A stretch of DNA of 63,523 bases, the filler included, from Octopus bimaculoides (Eukaryota), in the NCBI RefSeq assembly GCF_001194135.2. It is 5 parts of 3 records of this genome, joined end to end, with 100 filler letters (N's around TTAATTAATTAA, not from the genome) between each part and the next. Parts side by side here need not be neighbours in the genome. Positions count along the whole stretch, not along the records: positions 1 to 17,085 come from NC_068983.1; positions 17,186 to 28,524 come from NC_068983.1; 3 more parts are not named here. One strand, 5' to 3'. Each line of letters starts with the position of its first letter. Within the stretch, counting starts at the first letter, position 1. Positions 13,263-26,163 of the stretch are shown piece after piece. Below the pieces are notes generated by a model, which saw nothing but the letters and a program-made list of their open reading frames with translations, made no database searches and was not told where the DNA came from. The translations under genes were made by a program, and so were the position numbers.

Positions 13263-13850
13263 TATACATACATATGTGTGTGTGAGTGTTTTATAAACAC
13301 ATAATATATGTACGTATGTATGTATTATGTATGTATGTATTGTTGCTTTGTTGATGGTGATGTTGCAACACTCCATTGACAACATTTTTAAAAGTGAAGG
13401 CATCTTTATAGTGTTATTTTAAGATATGAGTCTATTTTCCTGTTCCCGCTATACATCACATCGATCACCTGGATAAATATTGTGTGTTTTCTTTATTTTT
13501 TAATTTGCTTAGTTGGTTGAAGGATTATTAACTTAGTCAGACCTAATCGATACCATCCTACGTGGAAACCAAACAAAACTATATCAGTTTTGGTTTTATT
13601 CTCTGAAAGAATTTTAAAAAAAAGAGAGAGAGGAAATAAGTATTTATATGTGTTGGACGTTAATAGGTTTGCAAGTGTCCGAAGAAACGAAAACTACTTA
13701 GGTCAACGTTTCGTCTTTTGTGCTGATGTATGTAATTCTCACGGTTTTCACTTGGCAGACGTCTTTGTTGGTCACAACAACTGTTCACCGTAATTTATAT
13801 TTTGCTTACAAGTCAAATGGATGCTTTGTCCAGAGGAGGAAATGAGCTAA

Positions 13851-14009
<159 letters not shown>

Positions 14010-14149
14010 TAAAATACTGTTCATAGAATCTAAATAATATTTAATACTGAAAGTGATTGTTTACTTAGCAGTTTCTCTCAAAATAAACTGCAAAACTTCG
14101 AAGTAAAACAGCCACTAATTAATATTATATATGTTTATCTGTGCGCGTG

Positions 14150-14750
14150 TATACATACATACATACATACATACCTTTCTATATTTAAGAGATGGGGAAT
14201 TATGTACATTATTTACAATTGACGGATATTTATTCTCATCTCGTTTGTTGTTAACACAACGCTTCGGCTGATATACCCTCCAGCCTTCATCAGGTGTCTT
14301 GGGGAAATTTTGAACCTGGGTTCTCATTCCTAAGGTATTTTTCGTTGTTGTTACAATTATTATTATCGGAATCTTGGTGTTAGCAGCCCGCGCTCTTAAC
14401 CACTACGCCATATACCAGTGGGCAATTATGGAGTGAATTTTAGGGTTTATAAATCTAATATTCTCCTATCCTTCCTCAATACCGGTCCCCATATGCTATT
14501 CATATCTGCACTCAGTCTGCTTAGGGGGTTGTTGTGTCCTAGTATGTGTTGCTTCTTTTAGTTTTCGTATTTTCCAGTGGTGTTCTCTGTCTCTTGTTTC
14601 AATTTCATCCCACTGGGGGAGGTGGTCTCCGTTTTTCCATACGTGATCAGCTATACCCGATTTATCAATATCTCCCAGTGTCACAGCTTTGCGATGTTCC
14701 TCTACCCTTATTTTTGGATCATTTAATCCTTAATGAGGACTTGACATCTT
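14150..14750 (-). mobile_element. Penelope-like element 3' fragment: GIY-YIG endonuclease C-terminus plus pseudo-LTR
   Basis: Minus translation DKSGIADHVWKNGDHLPQWDEIETRDREHHWKIRKLKEA is a typical PLE GIY-YIG C-terminus. It is followed by a 3' region with a tRNA-like motif and a hammerhead motif. Confidence 0.8.
14253..14298 (-). ncRNA. Minimal type I hammerhead ribozyme motif (one core substitution)
   Basis: GACAC-CUGAUGA-A-GGCUG(GAGGGUAUAU)CAGCC-GAAG-CG-UU-GUGUU: 5-bp stem I and 5-bp stem II, but GAAG instead of GAAA. Confidence 0.7.
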
Positions 14751-14772
14751 CGAATCGACTCTAATGGAAAAG

Positions 14773-14806
14773 TCTTACGTTTCGAGCCTACGCTCTTCGA
14801 CAGAAA
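14773..14806 (-). ncRNA. Minimal hammerhead-like motif (variant core)
   Basis: UUU-CUGUCGA-A-GAGC(GUAG)GCUC-GAAA-CG-UA-AGA: core CUGUCGA deviates from CUGANGA and stem I is only 3 bp. Confidence 0.5.
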
Positions 14807-15909
14807 GGAATAAGAGGGAATAAATAGACAGAGAATGAAAACAAAACGTGTTGACTTCAGCGGTCCAGCATGACGAATGGGTGGAAAAGAAGAGGTTGAA
14901 TGAAAGGAGATAATAATAAAGAGCGGTTGAACGAAAGTGAGACAAAGCTATAAATATTGACATGTAAATATTGGGTAAAGACACATTTTGGACAGAAAAA
15001 GTGGAAGTCTGCCCTTAGGATTCGAAACTACATCTGTAGATATGTCAGATGTTCTGCCATTAGCCAAAGCAGTTCTTCGAAGTTCTCTATCCATTTTAGA
15101 TACTTTATTCTTACAGGTTTATTTGCTTCAAGTTTCACTGTTCCAAAAAGGGATTATTCCTCTGTTTCAAAGTTTATAAATTCTTCGCTTGTAAGGATAA
15201 AGTAGTAAATGAGTTTTTGTGGTGCTTTTGTAGAAGTCCAGGTTGCCATGACTTCACTTAAGAATGTTTTTAAAATCTTGAAGTATATTTAAAAGATCCC
15301 CGCTCATGGAAATGATCCAAGTGTTATATGAATTTGAATATGGGTAATGCGCGTTTCAGGAAATGGAATAGAGTAGTGAAATGGTTCATGATCTGTATAT
15401 TAATGTCCGGGATTTGAAATGAAAGCGAGTTGTTTAATATACAGAAGAAATAGTGGTGAAAACATAACGAAACCCAGAAGAACTCCAAGTTTATGGAACG
15501 TCGCTAGAACAGATCTCTTTGCAGAATAATTAATTGAATATATTATACATTGCCATTTCTCACTATTGCATGTTTGTTGTTTTTATCATAACTTCTCGTG
15601 CTTTTTGCAATTTTCAACTTAATTTTTTTTTTTTCTTCTGACCATCACACTCAGTCTTTGTATTATTTTATATTTATTTTTGCTTCATTTAATCGTTACT
15701 TTTTACTTTAAATATGGCCTTTTATTAGCCAGGGTATAGGTTAAACACACATGTTTATTATATCACATATATTATATTATTGAATTTTATTTTACTACTT
15801 CTTTTCAAAATATCATAAACTCTACCTTCAGTTGATTGGATTGATTTTCTACATATCTTCAAAGATATTTTTCCGTGTACTTGCATATTTCTAAAGTGGA
15901 TTTCGTTTA

Positions 15910-17030
15910 TTAGGTTGACCAAAATGTTGTTTCAGGATTTTAAGCGAAAATAAGACAAATTTTAAACTCAAAGCGATTTAATTAATCAATGACATAAATG
16001 ACCGTTTCGTTCCAGCATCTTCTGTCATCTTTACACAGATCCATTATTCTCCGTTTAAAGAATCTCTTGTCTTTACTAGCGAAAAACTCTACCATGTGAA
16101 ATTTTACATCCTCTTCAGAGCTGAAGACCAATCTAGTCAATGTATTTTGAAGTGAGCGAAACAGATGGAAACTTGAAGGCGCAAGGTTGAGCAAATTTGG
16201 AGCTGTGACAAAGCTTCCCAGCCAAGCCCCAATCACTTCTTCCACGTTTGCAAAGAAGCGTGCAGTTTGGCATTGTTGTGATGAAAAACAATACCCTTAC
16301 GATTAACAAAAGCTGAATGCTTCTGGTGGATCGCTGCATATATTTGTTCAACAGGTCGCAATAAACGTCCGAAATGATGGGGTTTTTTTCCGTCGGAAGA
16401 AGCTCGTAACAGACAAAACCCTTTCAATCTAATCAAATTGAAAGCATAACCTTCTTCGAGTAAAGTGCTGCTTTGGAGGTTGTTTATATTTCATCGTGCT
16501 TCTTTCTTTGCGCTTCATATAGTTATAGGTGACCCCTTTTCATCCCCTGTTACCATTTTCTTCAAAAAGACAAAATGATTTTATTCATGTTTCTGCAATT
16601 AATCACGGATGGAAATCCTTTGGGCGAAGTTTGCTTCATTCAGTTTATGTGAGTTCCAAACATAATTACTCACATAACCAAGTTGATAAAGACGTTTCTC
16701 AAAACTCGATTTGCATACTTGGAGAATATCTGCGATCATCCTGATCGTATAACGGGTGTTGGTGTCCTTTAAATCAATTTATCTCTGTTAATTTCAGTTG
16801 GCCATCCAGAACAAAATGCATCTTAAACTAAAAACTTTCCCGATTGAAATCTTGAAAACCATTTCTGGCACATACATTGCGTAAGAGCAGTCTCTTGGCA
16901 CACAGTGCACATTTTCTTGTAAGTTCTTAACGCTTCCTTCCCTTTTTTAAAATAAAAAGGCATGAGGTTTCGGTGTCGATAAATTTCGTTTTCGCATTTC
17001 CTTTTCAAAATGACTTTAACCACACAAAAT
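15910..17030 (-). mobile_element. Decayed mariner (DD34D-type) transposon
   Basis: Minus fragments YRHRNLMPFYFKKGK...CQKWFSRFQSGKF, IVFHHNNAKLH, APSSFHLFRSLQN and FFKRRIMDL. Mariner-like end TTAGGTTG at about 15910. Confidence 0.8.
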
Positions 17031-17129
17031 ACAACCTGACCTGTTGTAAGTTCGCGTATATATATGTATATATATATATATATATNNNNNNNNNNNNNNN
17101 NNNNNNNNNNNNNNNNNNNNNNNNNNNNN

Positions 17130-17141
17130 TTAATTAATTAA
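17130..17141. other. Artificial scaffold linker TTAATTAATTAA inside a 100-bp N gap (also at 28569-28580, 40543-40554, 55381-55392)
   Basis: In each case 44 N + TTAATTAATTAA + 44 N = 100 bp. The 12-mer gives stops in all six frames. Confidence 0.95.
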
Positions 17142-17185
17142 NNNNNNNNNNNNNNNNNNNNNNNNNNNNNNNNNNNNNNNNNNNN

Positions 17186-17420
17186 GGCACATAAAAGACA
17201 CCATTTCGAGCGTGGCCGTTTTCGTGCGGGTGACACGTAAAAGCACCCACTACACTCTCTGAGTGGTTGGCGTTAGGAAGGGCATCCAGCTGTAGAAACT
17301 CTGCCAAATCAGACTGGAGCCTGGTGTTGCCATCCGGTTTCACCAGTCCTCAGTCAAATCGTCCAACCCATGCTAGCATGGAAAGCGGACGTTAAACGAT
17401 GATGATGATGATGATGATGT
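17186..17420 (+). mobile_element. RTE-type 3'-tail element with (GAT)n tail (family D)
   Basis: GGAAGGGCATCCAGCTGTAGAAACTCTGCC...CCAACCCATGCTAGCATGGAAAGCGGACGTTAAACGATGATGATG. Other copies at about 21362, 22305, 45345, 46710-48130, 50790 and 51330. Confidence 0.8.
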
Positions 17421-18281
17421 GTGTCTGTGTATAAGTATCTATGTATATATGTGTGTGTATATCATCATCATATAAAAGTGTATATGTATGTTTATATGTG
17501 TATGCATACACATGTATGTGAATGTGTGTGTGTGTATGTGTATATGTATGTGATAAATGAGTGAAAACAGGAAAAAAGCGCAAGGCGAATAAATTTTCAC
17601 TAAAGTGTTAGTTTTTTCCTCTTGGAAAGGGGAAGAAAAAAAAGCATCAGAAAAGAGAAAGTAAGAATGTTGGTAGGAAGGAGGGAAGAAGAAGGAATAA
17701 AAAAAAGAAAGACAGGTAAAAATGTATAGGGGACAGGTGGGATTGAGTTTATATGGGGAGGAAGAGTCTGGGTGTTGTGTGCATGCATAAAAGTATCTGT
17801 GTAAGGAGATAAGGATGGGTGGAGGTGTATGAACACTGTGGGGTGCAGCTGGTTCACTGGAGGTGAGTGGTGTTGAGTGGAATGTGAATGTAGTAAAGGT
17901 GAGAGGAAAGCATAGCAGAAAAAGGTGTGTGTAGGGAGACCCAACAGGGAAGAAAATGGTGCAGGAGATGAGAAAAAATAGGTATAAGTGCAGAGAAAAA
18001 GCTATATTGTCTAAAAAAATTAGTGGGGAATTAAGATGGTTAGGTATAAAATCTGAAAAATAAAATTCTTGAATGTGAAAGAGGATGTGAAAAGGTAGAG
18101 AGAATAGGAACAGTATGGTTAAAAAATATATGGTGCACATGCAAAGATTATTGCAAAGGGGAGAGATGACTGTAAAAAGGATAAAAAAAGCCAGGTGTGT
18201 GTTTGTGTTTACATATATGTATGTGTGTGTGTGTGTGTGTGCATGCACATCTGCATGTATGTGTACATATATATGTATGTG

Positions 18282-18312
<31 letters not shown>

Positions 18313-18445
18313 GTATATATATATATGTATGTATCTATATGTATCTGTGTGTACATATATATATATATAGATATAGATGTGTGTATATATGTACACACAT
18401 ACATATATCTATACATATATGTATAGATATGTATATATATCTACA

Positions 18446-18489
<44 letters not shown>

Positions 18490-18723
18490 GTTTCAACTGG
18501 AATGCAGTTGCTTTTTCAACAGGGATGCATTACATGCGACCGTACACCTATTTAGCTCCATATTGATTAATTTTCCCGAAATTTGTGAATTTGTGTTAGT
18601 TTTGATGTTTACTGATGGTTTTTTTTCAATAGCAGTGCTTAACACTTAGGAAGTTCCAGTTGGTTTTATATTTTCATCTGTCCAATATAGGAGAACAGAA
18701 TTTTGATAATATAATATAAAAAC

Positions 18724-18951
18724 AATGGAGAGTGTGAACACAGAAAAAAATCAATTTATTTACATAATAGTCAGTCGCATGTCGCCTACGCATGTTTCAA
18801 TTCCTACCTTCACTTATATTTTACAATTAAATTCATAATACAATTTAATTATAAATTGTGAGTAAAGGTAGGAATTGAAACGTGTGTAGGTGACATGAAA
18901 TTGACTATTATGTAAATAAATTGATTTTTTTCTGTGTTCACACTCTCCATT
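18724..18951. repeat. About 228-bp near-perfect fold-back palindrome (MITE-like)
   Basis: AATGGAGAGTGTGAACACAGAAAAAAATCAATTTATTTACATAATAGTCA... is mirrored by ...TGACTATTATGTAAATAAATTGATTTTTTTCTGTGTTCACACTCTCCATT. Arms of about 110 bp with a few mismatches. Confidence 0.9.
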
Positions 18952-18984
18952 TTCCTTATATTATGGATATGTGTACACTCACAC

Positions 18985-19095
18985 ACACACACACGTCTAT
19001 CGGTCTCTTTTGCTGAACCACTAGGTTATGGAGACATAAACACACCAACATCAGCTGTTAAGCAATGGTGGGGGAACAAACACAGACACACAAAC

Positions 19096-19153
<58 letters not shown>

Positions 19154-19235
19154 CGGGCTTCTTTCAGTTTCTGCCTACCAAATCCACTCACAAAGCTTTG
19201 GTTGGCCTGAGGCTAAAGTATAACACTTGCCTAAC
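18985..19235 (-). mobile_element. SINE family A partial copy
   Basis: CTATCGGTCTCTTTTGCTGAACC...(TA)n...ACGGGCTTCTTTCAGTTTCTGCCTACCAAATCCACTCAC. Confidence 0.8.
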
Positions 19236-21245
19236 TTTTCTCTCAACACAGTTGTGCTTTGTTGGTCATGCACACTGGTGTTGCAAATCTGACAGTGCAT
19301 ACTACCTTCATTTCTCTTCAGCTTTCGCATGTCCTCTGCAGTCAGAGCCCATGTCTCACTACCATGTAATATAGCCATTCTCACACAAGCATTATACAAT
19401 CTACCTTTCACTCTGTGAGAGAGTCATTTTGCTGCCAACAGAGGTAGTAGTTCTCTGAACTTCCTCCACCCTATTCTTATTCTAGAAACAATATTTTCAG
19501 AGCATCCACCACTGTTACTAATTTGGTCACCTAAACAGCAGAAACTATTTACTACCTCAAGAGAGCCTCCTGGGCATTTGAGAGAGTTTAAGTCCCTTGT
19601 GCTCTTAGTAGTTACTGTTCCTGCGCATCTGCTGCACATGAAAGCAACCTTATCTGATAACCTTCCCACGATTCTACTGCATCTCTTATACTTCCATAGC
19701 TTACATTTGGTGCAGCAAATGGAATTACATCCCACTCCTTTCCTACATATTGAACAGGGCCATTTGCCGGCCGGAGTGAGAGTCTTATCTCCTTTCTCAC
19801 TAACAATGACTTTAGTCTTAGCTAAGCTAACTTTAAGGCCTTTTGATTCCAGGTTTTGCTTCCAAACCTGGAACTTCTCCAATTCTACTTCAGATTCTGC
19901 AATAAGAGCAAGATCATTAGCATATAGTAGTTCCCATGGGCACCCACTTTTGAATTCATCTGTTATGGCCTTGAGAACTATGATGAATAAGAGCGGACTA
20001 AGAACTGATCTCTGGTAACTTGTACATTAAATTCATCACTGTATTCAAAGCTAATTCTCACCTTATAGACAGCATTGCTGTACATGGTTTGAACTTATCT
20101 AACAAGCCACTCCTTTACTCCTAGCTTCCTTAGAGACCACCAAATAAGAGAGTGGGGAACCCTGTCAAAAGCCTTCTCCAGATTGATGAAGGCTAAGTAC
20201 AATGGCTTACTTTTGGACAAAGACTTTTCTTGCAATTGTCTCACTATGATAGCATCTGTGGTACTTCTCCCAGGAACAAAACAAATTGCATCTCATCTAG
20301 TTTAATTTAATCTCTAATTAGTTGAGATATAACTCTCTTGGTAATTTTCATGACCTGATCCAGCAGTTTGATACCTCTGTATTTGTTTCTATCTAAGGCA
20401 TCACCTTTACTCTTATAACAGCTGACTATAATACTGCTACACCAGTCTTTGGGGATGACACTTTCTTGAATAACCCGATAAACCATGTGAGTGGCTAGGC
20501 TGTATCCCACACCACCTGATATTTTCAGTGTTACCTGATGGTCCAGGGGCTTTCCCAGTCTTCATTTTCTCAATTGCCTTTTCTATTATACTGCTATCTG
20601 TTCTGATGGCTGGTCCCTCAATTGGTTCAGTATTTGAAAAACTCTGCTTCTCCCAATCATTCTCCACATTTAACAACTTTTCATAATGGTATCTCCATGA
20701 TCTTTCTTCTCTGAGTCACTAAGTGCAAGCATACCATTATCCATAAGCACACATTTCTCACCGGCCACATCTCTATTCTCTCTGATACACTGCTTTGCAA
20801 TCTTGAATTCCTCATATTTCTGATCCTCATGCTGCAAAAAATTGGCAAACTTCTTACCTTTTGCTATGTAAATCTGTTGCCTAGCCTTCCTTCTGGCTCC
20901 CTGAAGTTTTGCTTCCAGTTTTCCCAGTCCTTTCAGGCCTGTCTCTTCACTTTTATAGCACTGTCTACCTCCTTGTTCCACCACCGAGTCACCCTTGGCC
21001 TGGCTGGGACTTTGCACCAACCACAGATTTGGTCAGTGGCACCCAGTAAATTCTCCCACTGGAACTTCCAGTTGTCCTCTAAGCTATATGTCCCTTCCTC
21101 ATTCTCCTCTCTATCATCAGAGGCTTCCAGTAGAATGTCTCTAAATTTTTGTTGGTTTGCTGGGTCTTTAAGCTTCCATAATCTCCTTTTCCAACATGTT
21201 TTATGTCTGAGTCTCTCTAGTCCTAATTCTGAAGTCACTAACTGG
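19236..21245 (-). mobile_element. RTE-clade LINE, decayed (linker plus RT, with inserted PHD-like finger)
   Basis: Minus fragments KMKTGKAPGPS, IPKDWCSSIIVSCYKSKGDALDRNKYRGIKLL, ELLYANDLALIA, CSIC...CTKC...CSRC and ILHGSETWAL. Confidence 0.9.
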
Positions 21246-21285
21246 TATCTGTCTGTCTGTCTGTCTGTCTGTCCACACGCGCGCG

Positions 21286-21359
<74 letters not shown>

Positions 21360-21361
21360 AT

Positions 21362-21595
21362 GCATCATCATCATTGTCATCATTTAACATCCTTTGTCCA
21401 TGCTGGCATGGGTTGGATGGTTTGACCACGGCTGGCAAGCTGGAAGGCTGCACCAGACTCCAGTCTGATTTGGCATGGTTTCTATGGCCAGATGCCCTTC
21501 CTAATGCTAACCACTCTGAGACTGTAATGGGTGCTTTTACATGCCACTGGCATGGGTGCTATTTGCATGACACCGGTATCTGCCATGACTGCGAT
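21362..21595 (-). mobile_element. Family D RTE-tail element
   Basis: CATCATCATTGTCATCATTTAACATCC...GATGCCCTTCCTAATGCTAACC. Confidence 0.8.
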
Positions 21596-21612
21596 TTTGC
21601 ACATATATATGA

Positions 21613-21655
<43 letters not shown>

Positions 21656-22304
21656 GGGTAAAAGATATCTTGGAAATGTGGTCTCTGCAGTGTTGGTTGT
21701 AGCTCTGACAACTTATTTAAGAACATCATGATTTTGAATAAGAATTGATAGAGGATAGAGTTAATGCTTAAGTCTTGCTACTGACAGTTGTTGCGGTGCA
21801 GGTAGCACAGTAATACACCCTCAGTCTATGCTGTAGGTGATTAGAATAGCATGAAGCTGTAAATAACTGTGCAAAAGAAAAAGAAAAATTATAATGGTTA
21901 GAATGTTGATATTGTAAGCTACAATGCAAGCAATTATTGGATTGGCCAGTAACTCCGAATAAGAACTGGAATACACTGGGAAATACAAGTAACACCCATA
22001 GGACCAGTAACATGATAAAATGTATTCAGTGTATGCTGTTGTACCTTGTGCTATACCAATGTTGCTAGAATGAGTTGTTGGTTGGTTTGTGGAAGGCTGT
22101 GTATAATAATTGAACAACAACATGCAAACATTTAAACATGATTTATTATTCTTGCACAAGTCATATGGAGTTGGCCATGTGTTACAAATATGCATTTACA
22201 GTCAGCAAGATGAAAGAAATATATTGCAATATGCACAGTAGCTGGATATCAAACATTGCAAGGAATATAAATTCATGCACTGCTTCATATCTGCCATTAT
22301 AACT

Positions 22305-22620
22305 CATCATCATCGTTTACTGTCTGCTTTCTATGCTAGCATGGGTTGGATGGTTCGACTGGGGTCTGGAAAGCCAGGAGGCTGCACCAGACTCCAGTCT
22401 GATATGGCAGTGTTTCTACAGCTGGATGCCCTTCCTAATGCCAACCACTCCGTGAGTGTAGTGGGTGCTTTTTATGTGCCACCGGCACAGGGGCCAGAGG
22501 AGGCTGGCAATGGCCATGATCAGTTGGTGCTTTTTACATGCCACCTGCATGGAAGCCAGTCAAGGCAGTGCTGGCATCGGCTACATTCGGATGGTGCTTT
22601 TTACGTGGAGACAGTTGTTC
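22305..22620 (-). mobile_element. Family D RTE-tail element with internal sub-repeats
   Basis: CATCATCATCGTTTA...CTGGATGCCCTTCC followed by three GGTGCTTTTTA(C/T)(A/G)TG units. Confidence 0.8.
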
Positions 22621-23341
22621 TGGCCTGATGTCTACAACATTCAGCAGACTGGTACTCAAAATCAACTCCATTTATAATATTTGTGAAGAAATGTTCTGGG
22701 ACCTTCCAGAATAATCTTTCGTGTGATGTCTGGTTCCTGACTGGACAATAACTTCACTGCACACATGATCAAACTGCTGCTATGTCATGACTTGAAATCT
22801 GCAATGTGGCAACATGAGTTTGAATCTTGCTACACTGTGATGTGATTGGTGATAGGAAGGTCACTCAGCTGCAAAAACCATGCAAAAAAAAAAGAATGTG
22901 CCATACAGAGATTGGTGATTTCCTCTATTGTTTCTGTGTCAAATGATAGAAGATTAAATACTGTGAGACTCATTAATGGGTTGATTTATAATTCATGAGC
23001 TTCTTCATGCCTTGAATTTTATAATTTGTGTTTTAAGTACAGGATTTGTAATTGCATGCTACTTTTGGAAAATGCTGTAGTCTGTATCTTATTTCATTAC
23101 CTATATTGTTTGATATTTATAGTTATTGTCTCCTATAAAATTATTTTTTAATTATGATATAACAAATATTAAAGTATAAGGAACCATTTGAAAGGTTTAT
23201 TCTAAACCATGAAGCAGGTTTAGAGGAGGATTTGAAATGTTTTTCCATTTTGTTATATTTGATATTGAAATATTCTACTAATTTCATATATCTGTGCATA
23301 TTTAACCTTTTTTTTATCTATCTAATTGACAGTTTCTTCAG

Positions 23342-23489
23342 TAAACCAACGTACCACATAGAATGGACAAGACCAAACGAGTATACTGAAATACGTGTCA
23401 GTTCAAAGATGTTATTAGATCATTTACCCAACTCATTAGATGATGCTCTTGAAAGACTTAATGTGCCTTATGAAGAGTTTGCTGCTCAA
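23342..23489 (+). CDS. Putative exon A of an unidentified multi-exon gene (phase 2 to 0)
   Basis: Acceptor TTCTTCAG (alternative in-frame GACAG gives start 23333) and donor CAA|GTATGA. Open frame KPTYHIEWTRPNEYTEIRVSSKMLLDHLPNSLDDALERLNVPYEEFAAQ in AT-rich unique DNA. Confidence 0.65.
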
Positions 23490-26163
23490 GTATGATATCA
23501 ACCTTTAATTTTCTCATCAAGCTCATTACATTAAATATTTCTCATCTCCCACCAACAAATATTCAAATGTTTCAGTCAGTGATTGTATTCAGACATTCAT
23601 TATTTTGCTGCCTACTTATGGTTGATGAATTAACTCTAATTTATAATTGCTGCTGTTTTATACCTGATTATTCTTTTGGTTCTTTACTCAATTGGTTTTG
23701 GAGACTTTCTAAATATTTTTCAGTACAACAGAGTGTATTTTTCTGTTATAATTTCATTAAATTATATTGGATATTGTGGTATGGGTGGCAGTAAACTCTC
23801 AGTGTATGAAGTGTGTGACCTGATTTTCAAACTTCTTTTACTTAAAATTTTAATGCTTTTGAAAGAGGCATAAATGTCACTACTCTGTTTCTTTTTCCTC
23901 TAAAGTCTGAAGCTTTATGCTTAAGAGGTTGTTATTTGGAAAAAAAAAAGAAAGAGAAACAAAATTGTATATTGTAAATGTTCCAAATTAATGAAGCATG
24001 ACATAAAAGGTACAGCAATATTTGACAGAACAGTTTTTGTTGTCAAGAAGTTTACCTGATAAAAATCGACAAATTTGCTTTTTATAGTTAGACATGAATA
24101 TTTTTTCATTTTTATTTTTCTGAATTCCTTTATTGTAACTGTATTTTCATTTTCTCTGAACTTCCAATGATAATCCCACTTTTTTTTTTCTTTGTAATAT
24201 AATCATTGAAACACTGTGATAAAACCGGAATGTCATTCCCTGCCAACAACATACATTTTGGAGCTATGGGGGTGCATGGGTGGGAATTCTTTGATTCAAA
24301 GAAACTTATATATGTCTTCTGTCAATATATTTTACCTAGTATAAAATTTAAAGCATTAGCTAGAATAAATTGTTATTGGAGTTATCAAAATACTTTAAGA
24401 CAGTGTAAAAGTATCAGGATATTCTGATGTAAACAAATTATATTTAGAACATGTATTATTTTAAGTAAGATTGAAACTATAAAAAAGTATAAAATGTCTT
24501 AGTATTGGTCTTTAGTAATAAAAAAAATTATGCAAGACTAGTAATTAATTTAAGATCTTTATCTGCACAAATGTATTTGCACATATTAAGAAATATCTTT
24601 AAAATGTCTCTTTAATCATTTTCTGTACAGGTCAATAATTATTCATTGAAAGTGTTTAGGTTCACTAATTTTTGTTTTCTTTTTTTATTCTCCAAAACAA
24701 GAGACAATTTTCAAAATTAGATTGAAACCAAAATGCAAAACTAGTATTGATGGCCATTAAAAAAAAAAAATCAAGTAGTGAAATATTTTTGCATTATTCA
24801 ATTAGTGGCAACTGCAACAAACTGTTTGCCATTAACTGTAGCAATATTTTGTTCACATGTATATTTATATTTAATTTATTTTTCTATATTTTTGAACACT
24901 CTTGTTAAATGCTTTTAATTTAAGTTAGCTTTAAATGTATTTAATTCCCAAAATAAATTGTTACTATTGTTTGATTTTATTTTTACCTTCTAATTTATTC
25001 CAAATTGAAAACACCCACCTACTTATTTTGGTAGTTAATGCAAATTACTTATTTGTATACTATATTATTTGCTGTATGTGATCACATAGATATAGAAGAG
25101 AATATTGTTCAAATTTTCATTTTATTTATGTGTCATGCTAGTTTAGAAGTTTCATTGGAGAAAAAAAAATTAATTTATGAACTTAACAATTTGCTGGAGC
25201 CTGATTGATTTCTGAAGAATACATGAACTTTACACAATATTTCAGTTAATAGTATTTAGCTATTAAGTTACCAGAGGTAAAAATCAAGAGTATTTTGTTA
25301 TTCTTCTCTGTAGTGCAATCAGTACTGATAATATTTATTCTGTTAACTTATTAACTTTGCATTATATATATATATATATATATATATATNNNNNNNNNNN
25401 NNNNNNNNNNNNNNNNNNNNNNNNNNNNNNNNNNNNNNNNNNNNNNNNNNNNNNNNNNNNNNNNNNNNNNNNNNNNNNNNNNNNNNNNNNNNNNNNNNNN
25501 NNNNNNNNNNNNNNNNNNNNNNNNNNNNNNNNNNNNNNNNNNNNNNNNNNNNNNNNNNNNNNNNNNNNNNNNNNNNNNNNNNNNNNNNNNNNNNNNNNNN
25601 NNNNNNNNNNNNNNNNNNNNNNNNNNNNNNNNNNNNNNNNNNNNNNNNNNNNNNNNNNNNNNNNNNNNNNNNNNNNNNNNNNNNNNNNNNNNNNNNNNNN
25701 NNNNNNNNNNNNNNNNNNNNNNNNNNNNNNNNNNNNNNNNNNNNNNNNNNNNNNNNNNNNNNNNNNNNNNNNNNNNNNNNNNNNNNNNNNNNNNNNNNNN
25801 NNNNNNNNNNNNNNNNNNNNNNNNNNNNNNNNNNNNNNNNNNNNNNNNNNNNNNNNNNNNNNNNNNNNNNNNNNNNNNNNNNNNNNNNNNNNNNNNNNNN
25901 NNNNNNNNNNNNNNNNNNNNNNNNNNNNNNNNNNNNNNNNNNNNNNNNNNNNNNNNNNNNNNNNNNNNNNNNNNNNNNNNNNNNNNNNNNNNNNNNNNNN
26001 NNNNNNNNNNNNNNNNNNNNNNNNNNNNNNNNNNNNNNNNNNNNNNNNNNNNNNNNNNNNNNNNNNNNNNNNNNNNNNNNNNNNNNNNNNNNNNNNNNNN
26101 NNNNNNNNNNNNNNNNNNNNNNNNNNNNNNNNNNNNNNNNNNNNNNNNNNNNNNNNNNNNNNN

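Noticed and set aside
18517-18600. Good-looking acceptor (GCTTTTTCAACAG) as an upstream exon of the plus-strand gene
   Set aside because: No convincing phase-2 donor follows in an open frame.
17439-18649. Long ORFs (up to 325 aa) rich in Y/I/H/T/C/V
   Set aside because: These are translations of TA/CA microsatellites and the antisense of a purine-rich tract, with no domain motifs. The same applies to ORFs at 2698, 10561-11035, 11816-12120 and 59433-59866.
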